Source: Actinomycetota bacterium (GTDB lineage Bacteria; Actinomycetota; Thermoleophilia; Solirubrobacterales; 70-9). Taken from it: a stretch of 64,000 nt of DNA. The stretch's first letter is position 1. Each line of letters opens with the position of its first letter. Shown piece after piece: positions 36,047 through 44,149 of this stretch. The notes beneath the pieces were generated by a model. That model did no database searches and had not been told where the DNA came from. It worked only from the letters and a program-made list of their open reading frames with translations. The position numbers and the translations under genes are program-made. Location of the stretch: the NCBI GenBank assembly GCA_038040365.1, contig JBBPIL010000007.1:7550-71549 (forward strand), written 5' to 3'.

Positions 36047-36837
36047 ACCCTCTCCTCCTTGACCGTCGCCTTGGTGCGCTTCGGCTCCAGCCAGGGCGGC
36101 GCCGTGGTGCCGAGCTTCACCACCAGGTACAGGTGGGCCCCGATCAGGGCGATGATCAGCCCCGGCACCAGCAGCATGTGGATCGAGTAGAAGCGGGCCA
36201 GCGTCGTCTGCTCGAACTCGGCGCCGCCTCTCAGGAAGTCGGCCAGGTAGGGGCCCACCACCGGCCCGGTGCCGGTGATGTTGAAGGCGACCTCGGTGGC
36301 CCAGAAGGAGCGCTGGTCGAAGGGCAACAGGTAGCCGGTGAAGCCCATCACCATGGTCAGGATCAGCAGCACGACGCCGATCACCCAGTTGAGCTCGCGC
36401 GGGTACTTGTAGGCGCCGAAGACGAAGGTGCGCGCCATGTGGAGCCAGATCAGAATGATCATCACGCTGGCGCCCCACTTGTGCATGCCGCGCACGAACT
36501 CGCCCAGGAAGACGTCGTTGGTGAGGTGGACGACCGAGCCGTAGGCCTGGGTCGTGGACGGCGTGTAGAACATCGCCAGGAAGACGCCGGTCACCGCCTG
36601 CACCGCGAACGCGAACAGGGTCGCCGAGCCGAGGGTGTAGAACCAGTTGGTGCCCTTCGGCACCTTCCGGTAGAGCATCCCGGTGAGGAAGCTGGCGCCG
36701 CCGGTGCGCTCGTCGACCCAGCCGACGAGGTCGGCGGGCGTCTCCTTGAGACGGTCCACCGGGCCGGCGCCGTCGCCGTCGCCGGGCTTCTGCGGCTTCT
36801 TCAGCGGGCCGGGGATGAGCATGTCGGGGAGCTTCAT
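36043..36837 (-). CDS. qcrB: cytochrome b6-like subunit (split cytochrome b, N-terminal part)
   Basis: ATG at 36837 (MKLPDM). FYTLGSATLFAFAVQAVTGVFLAMFY. RGMHKWGASVMI. Confidence 0.9.
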   Translation of the reverse strand: MKLPDMLIPGPLKKPQKPGDGDGAGPVDRLKETPADLVGWVDERTGGASFLTGMLYRKVPKGTNWFYTLGSATLFAFAVQAVTGVFLAMFYTPSTTQAYGSVVHLTNDVFLGEFVRGMHKWGASVMIILIWLHMARTFVFGAYKYPRELNWVIGVVLLILTMVMGFTGYLLPFDQRSFWATEVAFNITGTGPVVGPYLADFLRGGAEFEQTTLARFYSIHMLLVPGLIIALIGAHLYLVVKLGTTAPPWLEPKRTKATVKEERV

Positions 36838-36850
36838 CGCGCGCTCTCGA

Positions 36851-37435
36851 TCACGGCGCCGGAGGGGTGGAGGGCCGGGGCGGATAGAGGATGTTCCAGA
36901 TCCCGCCCGTGAACTCGCCCGGGTCGCGGGTGCGAACGGGGTCGAGCTGGGAGGTGACGCTGTAGCGGGGGCCGAGCTGCACCTGACCGTTTCGAACCCG
37001 GGTTTGGAAGCGGTCGAGCGGGCGCACCGGCGGGCCGCCGAGCACCTTGCCCTCGAAGTCGTAGACGCCGCCGTGACAGGGGCAGATGAAGTTGCCGGCC
37101 GCAGAGACGAAGCGCACCGGGCAGCCGAGGTGCGCACAGCGGGTCGAGAGCGCGATGTAGGTGTCGGCGCTCTCGCTCGAGAACGTGCCAGGGTCGCCGC
37201 GGCGCACGTAGGCGGTGGTCTTGCCAGCCTCACCGATCCCTTCGACCAGCGTGAAGACGACCGGCTTGTAGGTATCGGCGGTGAAGCGGCTGACGGGGCC
37301 GACGCTCTCCCAGCGCTCCTCGGGGGCCTCGAAGATCGGCGCCACCGCGAACCCGACCGCGGGCAGGACGATCACCGCCCCGGCGATACCGCCGACCGCC
37401 TGGCCCGCGACCGTGAGCGCCTTGCGCCGGTTCAT
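36851..37435 (-). CDS. qcrA: Rieske 2Fe-2S subunit
   Basis: CAHLGC and CPCHGG. Tat-like MNRRKALTVAG. I preferred ATG at 37435 (GAGG upstream); GTG at 37525 is possible. Confidence 0.85.
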   Translation of the reverse strand: MNRRKALTVAGQAVGGIAGAVIVLPAVGFAVAPIFEAPEERWESVGPVSRFTADTYKPVVFTLVEGIGEAGKTTAYVRRGDPGTFSSESADTYIALSTRCAHLGCPVRFVSAAGNFICPCHGGVYDFEGKVLGGPPVRPLDRFQTRVRNGQVQLGPRYSVTSQLDPVRTRDPGEFTGGIWNILYPPRPSTPPAP

Positions 37436-37527
37436 CGACTCGCCCTCGAAGTAGCCGGGCGGATCCGGCGAGGGAAGACCGTCGGCGCCAGCGGGACCGT
37501 TGCTCTTGTCGGCGGGGTCGGCCACGT

Positions 37528-38145
37528 TCAGGCGGGCAGATCCTGGTACTGCTCGAAGCCTATCGCCTCCGCCGCACGCTCCAACCGATCGCACAGGCCG
37601 ACCTTCTCGGCCGCCCGCAGGGCAGCCTGCCAGAGCGCCGCGGGGGCGCCGGGGCGCCCCTCGCGAAGGGCCGCCTTTCCCTGCTCATGGTCGGGTGTGG
37701 TGCCTGAGGCGACCACCGTCACCGAGGCGAGCCAGAGGGCGTTGGCCGCCCGCCCGCCCGCCGCGGCCTCGTCCCCCCCCACGTCGTGAAGCTGCGCCGA
37801 GAGCGAGATCAAGTCGGACAGCTCGCGAATCGCTTCGAGGTCACCGAGCGCGGCCAGCCGCTCGAGGCCGAGCGCGTAGAGGTAATCGCCGGCCAGCAGG
37901 GCCAGATCGGCGTCGGCGCCGACCACGACGCGCGGCTCCCCGTAATGCAGCAGGTAGCCCTCTCGAACCGACTCGACCAGCAGCGAATACTCGCCCTGCG
38001 CATCCGCCGCGCGCGGGCCGGCCGCGGCCAGCAGGCCGAGCCCCGGTTCGGCCTGCCCGGGGTCGGAGACCTGCGGCGAAATCACCGACTCGTCGGCTCG
38101 GAGCTGCGCTGCAAGCGCAGTCAGCGCGGCTTCGGGCGAGCTCAT
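37528..38145 (-). CDS. hypothetical protein, possibly heptaprenyl diphosphate synthase component I (HepS)-like
   Basis: LALLAGDYLYALGLERLAALGDLEAIRELSDLI recalls the HepS LAGDLYSGLYY..GD..IR region. This is from memory and not verified. Confidence 0.45.
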   Translation of the reverse strand: MSSPEAALTALAAQLRADESVISPQVSDPGQAEPGLGLLAAAGPRAADAQGEYSLLVESVREGYLLHYGEPRVVVGADADLALLAGDYLYALGLERLAALGDLEAIRELSDLISLSAQLHDVGGDEAAAGGRAANALWLASVTVVASGTTPDHEQGKAALREGRPGAPAALWQAALRAAEKVGLCDRLERAAEAIGFEQYQDLPA

Positions 38146-38234
38146 AGACCGGCGAGATTACCCCCCGAGCGTCGAGTCGCTGGTCAAATGGCGCTTTCAT
38201 CGCGCGTGCCGCGAGTAAGGCGCCACGCCTCAGA

Positions 38235-38876
38235 TCAAGTCGGCTCGGCGGGCGGCGGCGGGAGCGGGGAGCTGCCGGGGGCGCGAAGGCCGGCGATGAT
38301 GATCGCCAAGTAGCGCTCCCAGGACATCGCGTGGTCGAAGGAACCGGGCCCCGTGGCCCGCCCCAGGCCGCACATCAGCATGGCGATGTCCTGGGCGCCG
38401 ATCTCGGGGCGCAGCTCGCCCGTCGCCTGTGCTCGCTCGACCAGCGCGGCCGTGGCCTCCATCAGCTCCTCCTTCTCGCCCTGAGCGCCCTGGAACGCGT
38501 CCCGCTCGGCCATCGCCTCGGAGAGCAGGCGATCGTTCGCCCCCAGCTCCGCCGAGCGGCGGAGGAAGTCGCAAAGACCCTCCCAGCCATCGGGGGCCTC
38601 GAGCGCCTCGCGTGCCCACTCGGCGAGCCGGATGAAGCGGTCCGCCGCCAGCGCCTCGAGCAGCGCCTCCTTGGTCGGGAAGTGACGGTAGACCGTGCCG
38701 ACGCCCACGTCGGCCGCGCGGGCGATGTCGTCGATCTGCGCGTCCAGGCCGTTGGCGGCGAACTGCCCACGGGCCGCGGCGAGAACCCGCTCGCGGTTGC
38801 GCCGCGCGTCGGCGCGCTGCGTTCGCTCCACCTCCGGTGCGGGGGGTGCCTGGGTCTTGGTGGGGGAGGCGGCCAT
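38235..38876 (-). CDS. TetR family transcriptional regulator
   Basis: HTH IDDIARAADVGVGTVYRHFPTKEAL. Confidence 0.9.
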   Translation of the reverse strand: MAASPTKTQAPPAPEVERTQRADARRNRERVLAAARGQFAANGLDAQIDDIARAADVGVGTVYRHFPTKEALLEALAADRFIRLAEWAREALEAPDGWEGLCDFLRRSAELGANDRLLSEAMAERDAFQGAQGEKEELMEATAALVERAQATGELRPEIGAQDIAMLMCGLGRATGPGSFDHAMSWERYLAIIIAGLRAPGSSPLPPPPAEPT

Positions 38877-38921
38877 TCGTTCCTTTCTCGTGGTCCGGCT
38901 GTGTGACGACGAGCACGCAAT

Positions 38922-38973
38922 CGGAACCTGAGTTCCGTATAGTGCCCATACCGAAACCGGAACTCAGCTTCCG
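38922..38973. promoter_or_regulatory. two 16-bp palindromic operator-like sites in the TetR/MFS divergent region
   Basis: CGGAACCTGAGTTCCG (38922-37) and CGGAACTCAGCTTCCG (38958-73). The second is the reverse complement of the first with 1 mismatch. Confidence 0.45.
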
Positions 38974-39014
38974 ATTATCGCACAAGTGTAGGCCACGGAA
39001 CACAGGAGACGCCG

Positions 39015-40499
39015 ATGATGACCACCGCCCAGGAGTTCGAGCGCCGACGTTGGATCGCCCTCGCGCTGCTCTGCTTCGCCCAGTTCATCGTCGTCCTCGA
39101 CGCGTCGATCGTCAACGTCGCCCTGCCCTCGATCGGCGAGGGGCTCGACTTCTCGCAGGAGAACCTCGCCTGGGTGGTGAACGCGTACGTGCTCACCTTC
39201 GGCGGCTTCCTGCTGCTCGGCGGGCGAATGGCCGACCTGCTCGGACGCCGACGCGTCTTCATCTCCGGACTCCTGCTCGTCGCCGCGGCCTCGCTCGCGG
39301 CCGGCTTCGCCGCCACGGAGGGGCAGCTGATCGCCGCCCGCGCCGCCCAAGGCCTCGGCGCGGCGATCATCTCGCCGGCGGCGCTCTCGATCGTCACCAC
39401 CACCTTCCGCGACGGCGCCGAGCGCAACAAGGCGCTGGGCGCGTGGGGCGCGGTCGCCGGAGCGGGGGGCGCCGCCGGGGTGCTCTTCGGGGGGATACTC
39501 ACGGACAGCCTCGGCTGGGAGTGGGTGCTATGGGTGAACGTGCCGGTGGCGCTCGTGGTCGCCGCGCTCTCCCCGCGGCTGATCGCCGAGAGCCGATCCG
39601 AGTCCGCCACGCGCCACTTCGACGCCGCCGGCGCGGTGAGCGTCACCGCCGGCCTCTCGGTCCTCGTCTACGCGATCGTCGACGCGACCGACGCGGGTTG
39701 GGGCTCGCTTCAGACGCTCGGCCTGCTCGGGGTCTCCGCGGCGCTGCTCGCGGCCTTCATCGCAATCGAGCGCCAGTCGCAAGCGCCGTTGATGCCGTTC
39801 CGGATCTTCCGCATCCGGACCCTGACCGGCGCCAACGTCGTCGGGCTTCTCGTCGGCGCGTCGCTGTTCTCGATGTTCTTCTTCATCACGCTCTACATGC
39901 AGCAGGTGCTGGGCTACAGCGCGATCGAGGCGGGACTCGCCTACCTGCCGCTGGCGGTGTCCATCAGCATCGCCGCCGCGATCGCCTCACTACTCGTGAC
40001 GCGGATCGGCTTCAAGCCCGTGCTCGCGACCGGGATGGCTTTGATCGCCGCCGCGCTGCTCTGGTTCTCGCAGGTCTCGGTCGGCGGTGGCTACCTCTCC
40101 GACATCCTGGGCCCGTCGCTGCTGGCCGCCTTTGGCCTCGGGTTCGCCTTCGTGACGACGACGATCGCCGCGGTCTCCGGGGTCCGCGAGCAGGAGTCCG
40201 GCCTCGCAAGCGGGCTGATCAACACCTCGCAGCAGATCGGCGGCGCATTGGGACTGGCTGTGCTGGCGACGATCGCCAATTCGCGGACCGACGACGTCAT
40301 GGCGTCCGCGGGGAGCGACCCCTCCGCGCTCACCAACGCCCTCACCGAGGGGTTCCAGTCGGCGTTCCTCGCCGGGGCGGTGATCGCCGCACTCGGCTTG
40401 GTGCTGACGCTGGTGCTGATTCGCGGTCGCGACAGCCGGGCACACGTAGAGCTCGGGTCGACGCCCGCCGGCGAGCGCCTCGTGGAGGAAGCCGCCTGA
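39015..40499 (+). CDS. MFS transporter, DHA2/EmrB-like (about 14 TM)
   Basis: FIVVLDASIVNVALP. GGRMADLLGRRRVF. Confidence 0.9.
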   Translation: MMTTAQEFERRRWIALALLCFAQFIVVLDASIVNVALPSIGEGLDFSQENLAWVVNAYVLTFGGFLLLGGRMADLLGRRRVFISGLLLVAAASLAAGFAATEGQLIAARAAQGLGAAIISPAALSIVTTTFRDGAERNKALGAWGAVAGAGGAAGVLFGGILTDSLGWEWVLWVNVPVALVVAALSPRLIAESRSESATRHFDAAGAVSVTAGLSVLVYAIVDATDAGWGSLQTLGLLGVSAALLAAFIAIERQSQAPLMPFRIFRIRTLTGANVVGLLVGASLFSMFFFITLYMQQVLGYSAIEAGLAYLPLAVSISIAAAIASLLVTRIGFKPVLATGMALIAAALLWFSQVSVGGGYLSDILGPSLLAAFGLGFAFVTTTIAAVSGVREQESGLASGLINTSQQIGGALGLAVLATIANSRTDDVMASAGSDPSALTNALTEGFQSAFLAGAVIAALGLVLTLVLIRGRDSRAHVELGSTPAGERLVEEAA

Positions 40500-40600
40500 G
40501 TTGCGTGGTGGCGCTAGCCCCCAAACACAGGGGCGGCCAGGTCGAGCGAGTGATTGGGTACGCATACGGTCCCGAAACCCGCACTCGATCCAAATAGGAC

Positions 40601-40637
40601 GAGTTGGGACTTCTGGATCCATGTGATTCACAACCCC
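40601..40637. repeat. repeat family 2, copy D
   Basis: GAGTTGGGACTTCTGGATCCATGTGATTCACAACCCC. 34 of 37 nt are identical to 21765-21801. Confidence 0.85.
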
Positions 40638-40681
40638 GAACTCGCTGGAACGGAGCCAACCGGATACACGCAAGGCGCTCC

Positions 40682-41950
40682 CTAACTCAACGCCTCGCCA
40701 AAGGCCTCCGAGGCCGCTTCCGCGGTCTTCGCGATCGCCGCCTCGTCGTGGGCGAGGGAGACGAACCAGGCCTCGAATTGGGAGGCGGGCGGGTAGACCC
40801 CACGCTCGAGGAGCGCCCGGCAGAAGTGACCGTAGGCGTCCAGGTCACAGGCGGCGGCGTCCGCGAAGTTGCGCACGGGCTCGGCGCGGAAAAACGGCGT
40901 CACCAGCCCGCAGACCGAGACGACCCGGACGGGGCGGTCGCCGGCCGCCACGCGGAGAGCGGCTGCGAGGCTCTGGGTAAGCGCCCCGAGCCGCTCGTAG
41001 GCGTCGGCATCGAGCTCGCGCAGGGTCGTCAACCCGGCGGCCACGGCAAGCGGATTGCCGGCCAGCGTCCCCGCCTGGTAGACGTCGCCGACCGGCGCCA
41101 CTTGCTCCATCAGCTCCCGGCGTCCGCCGTAGGCGGCGGCCGGCAAGCCGCCGCCGAGCACCTTGCCCATGATCGTCAGATCGGCAGTCACCCCGTAGAG
41201 CTCCTGGGCGCCCCCCCGCGCCACCCGGAAGCCCGAGATCACCTCGTCGAGCACCAGCAGCGCCCCCCCTGCGTCGGCCTGTTCGCGCAGGAAGCCCAGG
41301 AAGCCGTCGGCCGCGGGCACCACTCCCATGTTCGCGGGCACCGGCTCGGCCAGGATCGCCGCCACTCGGTGCTCGGCGATCGCCGCGGCCACGGCCTCGC
41401 GGTCGTTCCACGGAACGACGATCGTGTCGGCCGCCTGTGCCTCCGTCACCCCCGGGCTCGCCGGGATCCCCTGCGTCGCCAGCCCCGAGCCGGCCCCGGC
41501 CAGCAGCCCGTCGACGTGCCCGTGGTAGGCACCGGCGAACTTCACCACCTTGTCGCGCCCGGTGGCCGCCCGCGCCAGGCGCACGGCGCTCATCGTGGCC
41601 TCGGTTCCAGAGTTGACCATCCGCACCATCTCCACCGACCCGAACCGCTCGCAGACCTCCGCCGCCAGCTCCACCTCGCCCTCGGTCGGCGCCCCGTAGC
41701 TCGTCCCCCGCTCGGCTGCGCGCCGCACCGCCTCCACCACCCCGGGGTGCGCATGCCCGAGGATCAGCGGCCCCCAGGAGCAGACCCAGTCGACGTAGCG
41801 GTTGCCGTCGGCGTCGACCAGCTCGCAGCCTTCGCCGCGCTCGGCGAAGACCGGGTGGTCGCGACCGATGGCGCGCATCGCCCGCACCGGCGAGTTGACC
41901 CCGCCCGGCATCAACCCGAGGGCGCGGCGATACAGCTCCTCAGACCTGAT
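40682..41950 (-). CDS. hemL: glutamate-1-semialdehyde 2,1-aminomutase
   Basis: LMPGGVNSPVRAM.., NSGTEATMSAVRLAR. The start is uncertain: the conserved RSEELYRRALGL precedes the first ATG (41911) and has no canonical start. The candidate is ATC at 41950. Confidence 0.9.
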   Translation of the reverse strand: MRSEELYRRALGLMPGGVNSPVRAMRAIGRDHPVFAERGEGCELVDADGNRYVDWVCSWGPLILGHAHPGVVEAVRRAAERGTSYGAPTEGEVELAAEVCERFGSVEMVRMVNSGTEATMSAVRLARAATGRDKVVKFAGAYHGHVDGLLAGAGSGLATQGIPASPGVTEAQAADTIVVPWNDREAVAAAIAEHRVAAILAEPVPANMGVVPAADGFLGFLREQADAGGALLVLDEVISGFRVARGGAQELYGVTADLTIMGKVLGGGLPAAAYGGRRELMEQVAPVGDVYQAGTLAGNPLAVAAGLTTLRELDADAYERLGALTQSLAAALRVAAGDRPVRVVSVCGLVTPFFRAEPVRNFADAAACDLDAYGHFCRALLERGVYPPASQFEAWFVSLAHDEAAIAKTAEAASEAFGEALS

Positions 41951-41985
41951 GCCTCGTACCTCGGGCCGCGGGGAGCCTGTGGCGC

Positions 41986-43014
41986 TCAGGAGTGCTGAGC
42001 CTCCCAGTTCGCGTGGTCCTCGGTGAAATAGAGGAGCCTCACCTTCTTGAACTCGGTCGAGGAGTAGAGGACCGCGCGGTCGTCGCCATGCAGGCCGTGC
42101 TCGTCGGCGATCCGGTCGAGGACCGCGTCGCACTCCGGCTTCGAGCGCCCGTGGGCCATCGTGAACACCGAGTACGGCCAATCGGCATAGGTGGGCCGCT
42201 GGTAGCAGTGGGAGATCCCGCGCACCGCAGCCATCCTCCCGCCGACCTCGTGCACCTGATCCTCGGGCACCCGCCACACGCCCATCCCGTTGGCCGAGAA
42301 CCCGGCGCGCCGGTGGTAGAGGATGGCCGCCACCCGCCGCAGCAGCTTTCGCCCCACCATCTCCTTCAGGTGCTCCAGGAACCGGTCGGCGGGCATGCCA
42401 ACCTGCTCGGCCGCCCCGTCGTAGGGGCGGTCCGTGACCGCCATCGGCCCCTGGAGGGCGCGGATCACGGCGACGTCGGTGTCGTCGTAGGGCTGTGCCT
42501 CGAGCTCGCGCGGCGGCGCCGCGTCGACCGTCGCCGCCAGCGCCTCGGTCCCCTGCTCCATCTCGAGGTTCATGTTGATCTTGAACAGGGTCAGGGTGGG
42601 GAGCTGGCGGATCGACTCGGCGCCCGTCTCGGCTCTCAGCACCTCCAGGGTGCCGTCGAGGCCCAGCCCGGAATCTGGGGGCGTGGCGATCGTGAACCAG
42701 AGGTTGAACTCGTGGCTGCGCAGGTAGTTGTGGGAGACGCCGGGGTGGGAGTTGATGATCCGGGCGGCGCGCTGGGGGTTCTCCGCGTCGACCTTGGCGG
42801 CGACCAGCATCGACGCATAGCCGAGCGCCCGGGTGTCGAAGATCGGCGTTATCTCGCGGATGATCCGCTCGTCGAGCAGCCGCTGGGTGCGGGTCTCGAC
42901 CTCGTCCACCGGCAGCTCGGCCTGGCGGGCGATGGCCCTAAACGGCTCGCGCTCCAGCGGGAACCTCGACTGAAGCAGGTTCAAGAGGAGCTTGTCGGCC
43001 GCGTCGAGCGGCAC
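41986..43014 (-). CDS. fused AhbA/AhbB (NirDL-type) siroheme decarboxylase-like protein
   Basis: GTG at 43014 sits behind AAGGAGGG. There are two tandem Lrp/AsnC-like modules. Module 1 has GVSHNYLRSHEFNLWFTI. Module 2 has GISHCYQRPTYADWPYSVFTM. Confidence 0.75.
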   Translation of the reverse strand: MPLDAADKLLLNLLQSRFPLEREPFRAIARQAELPVDEVETRTQRLLDERIIREITPIFDTRALGYASMLVAAKVDAENPQRAARIINSHPGVSHNYLRSHEFNLWFTIATPPDSGLGLDGTLEVLRAETGAESIRQLPTLTLFKINMNLEMEQGTEALAATVDAAPPRELEAQPYDDTDVAVIRALQGPMAVTDRPYDGAAEQVGMPADRFLEHLKEMVGRKLLRRVAAILYHRRAGFSANGMGVWRVPEDQVHEVGGRMAAVRGISHCYQRPTYADWPYSVFTMAHGRSKPECDAVLDRIADEHGLHGDDRAVLYSSTEFKKVRLLYFTEDHANWEAQHS

Positions 43015-43079
43015 CGCCGCGCCCTCCTTGCGGGAGCGAACCTTGGGCCGCGGTCTGCGGAGTGGCGCGCTGGCGCCGC

Positions 43080-44048
43080 TCAAAGCCAAGCCGCGGCTTC
43101 CTTCGCGTAATAGGTGAACACCAAGTCGGCGCCCGCGCGCCGGATTGCGGTCAGCGTCTCGAGCACCGCCGACCGCTCGTCGAGCCAACCGTTTTGGGCC
43201 GCGGCCTTGAGCATCGAATACTCGCCGGAGACGTGGAACGCGGCCACGGGGGCGCCGGTCTCCTCCTTGACGACGCGGATCACGTCGAGGTAGGGAGTGG
43301 CGGGCTTCACCATCACCACGTCGGCGCCCTCGGTGAGGTCGAGCTTCGCCTCGCGGACGCCCTCGAGCACGTTCGCCGGGTCCATCTGGTAGCCGCGGCG
43401 ATCGCCGAACTCCGGGGTGGACTCGGCGGCGTCGCGGAACGGCGCGTAGAAGGCCGAGGCGTACTTGGCGCTGTAGGCGACGATCGCGACGTTCGGGTGA
43501 CCCTCGTCGTCGAGCTGCAAGCGGATGGCCCCCACGCGGCCGTCCATCATGTCGCTGGGCGCCACCACGTCCGCTCCCGCGTCGGCGTGCGAGATCGCCG
43601 TCTTGGCGAGCAGCTCGACGGTCAGGTCGTTGTCGACCTCGCCGTCGCGGACCACCCCGCAATGGCCGTGCGAGGTGTACTCGCAAAGACAGACGTCGGT
43701 GATCACGACCAGGTCGGGGTGGGTGTCCTTGAGCGCCCGGACAGCCATCTGCACGACGCCCTCCGGATCGTAGGCGCCGGAGCCCGCCTCATCCTTGGAG
43801 GCCGGGACGCCGAACAGGATCACGGCGCCGATCCCCGCCGCCCGGAGCTCGGTCGCCTCGGCGACCAGCTCGGAGATCGAGAAGCGCTCGATTCCGGGCA
43901 TCGAGGGCACCTCCTCGCGCACCCCTTCGCCGGCGACCACGAACAGGGGCTGTACGAGATGCCGCGGCGAAAGCTCGGTCTCCCGGACGAGCTCGCGCAG
44001 GGCCCTGGTGCGCCGCAGCCTCCGCATGCGGGTAGCGGGAAAGCTCAC
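43080..44048 (-). CDS. hemB: porphobilinogen synthase
   Basis: RRLRRT.. and the Cys-rich metal site DVCLCEYTSHGHCG. Confidence 0.95.
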   Translation of the reverse strand: MSFPATRMRRLRRTRALRELVRETELSPRHLVQPLFVVAGEGVREEVPSMPGIERFSISELVAEATELRAAGIGAVILFGVPASKDEAGSGAYDPEGVVQMAVRALKDTHPDLVVITDVCLCEYTSHGHCGVVRDGEVDNDLTVELLAKTAISHADAGADVVAPSDMMDGRVGAIRLQLDDEGHPNVAIVAYSAKYASAFYAPFRDAAESTPEFGDRRGYQMDPANVLEGVREAKLDLTEGADVVMVKPATPYLDVIRVVKEETGAPVAAFHVSGEYSMLKAAAQNGWLDERSAVLETLTAIRRAGADLVFTYYAKEAAAWL

Positions 44049-44149
44049 GATGGTGATTCTAGGGCGGGGGCACAGGACCTGGGCTCGACCACGACCGGTA
44101 GCGCCGCGGTTGGCGTCGAAGCGGGTGCCAATCTCGCAGCGCTCGTGCT

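Noticed and set aside
37436-37525. Longer Rieske protein starting at GTG 37525 (VADPADKSNG..).
   Set aside because: ATG at 37435 lies directly before the twin-arginine-like NRRKAL motif and has GAGG upstream, matching the short N-terminus of Bacillus QcrA. The extension is Pro/Gly/Asp-rich. It is not excluded.
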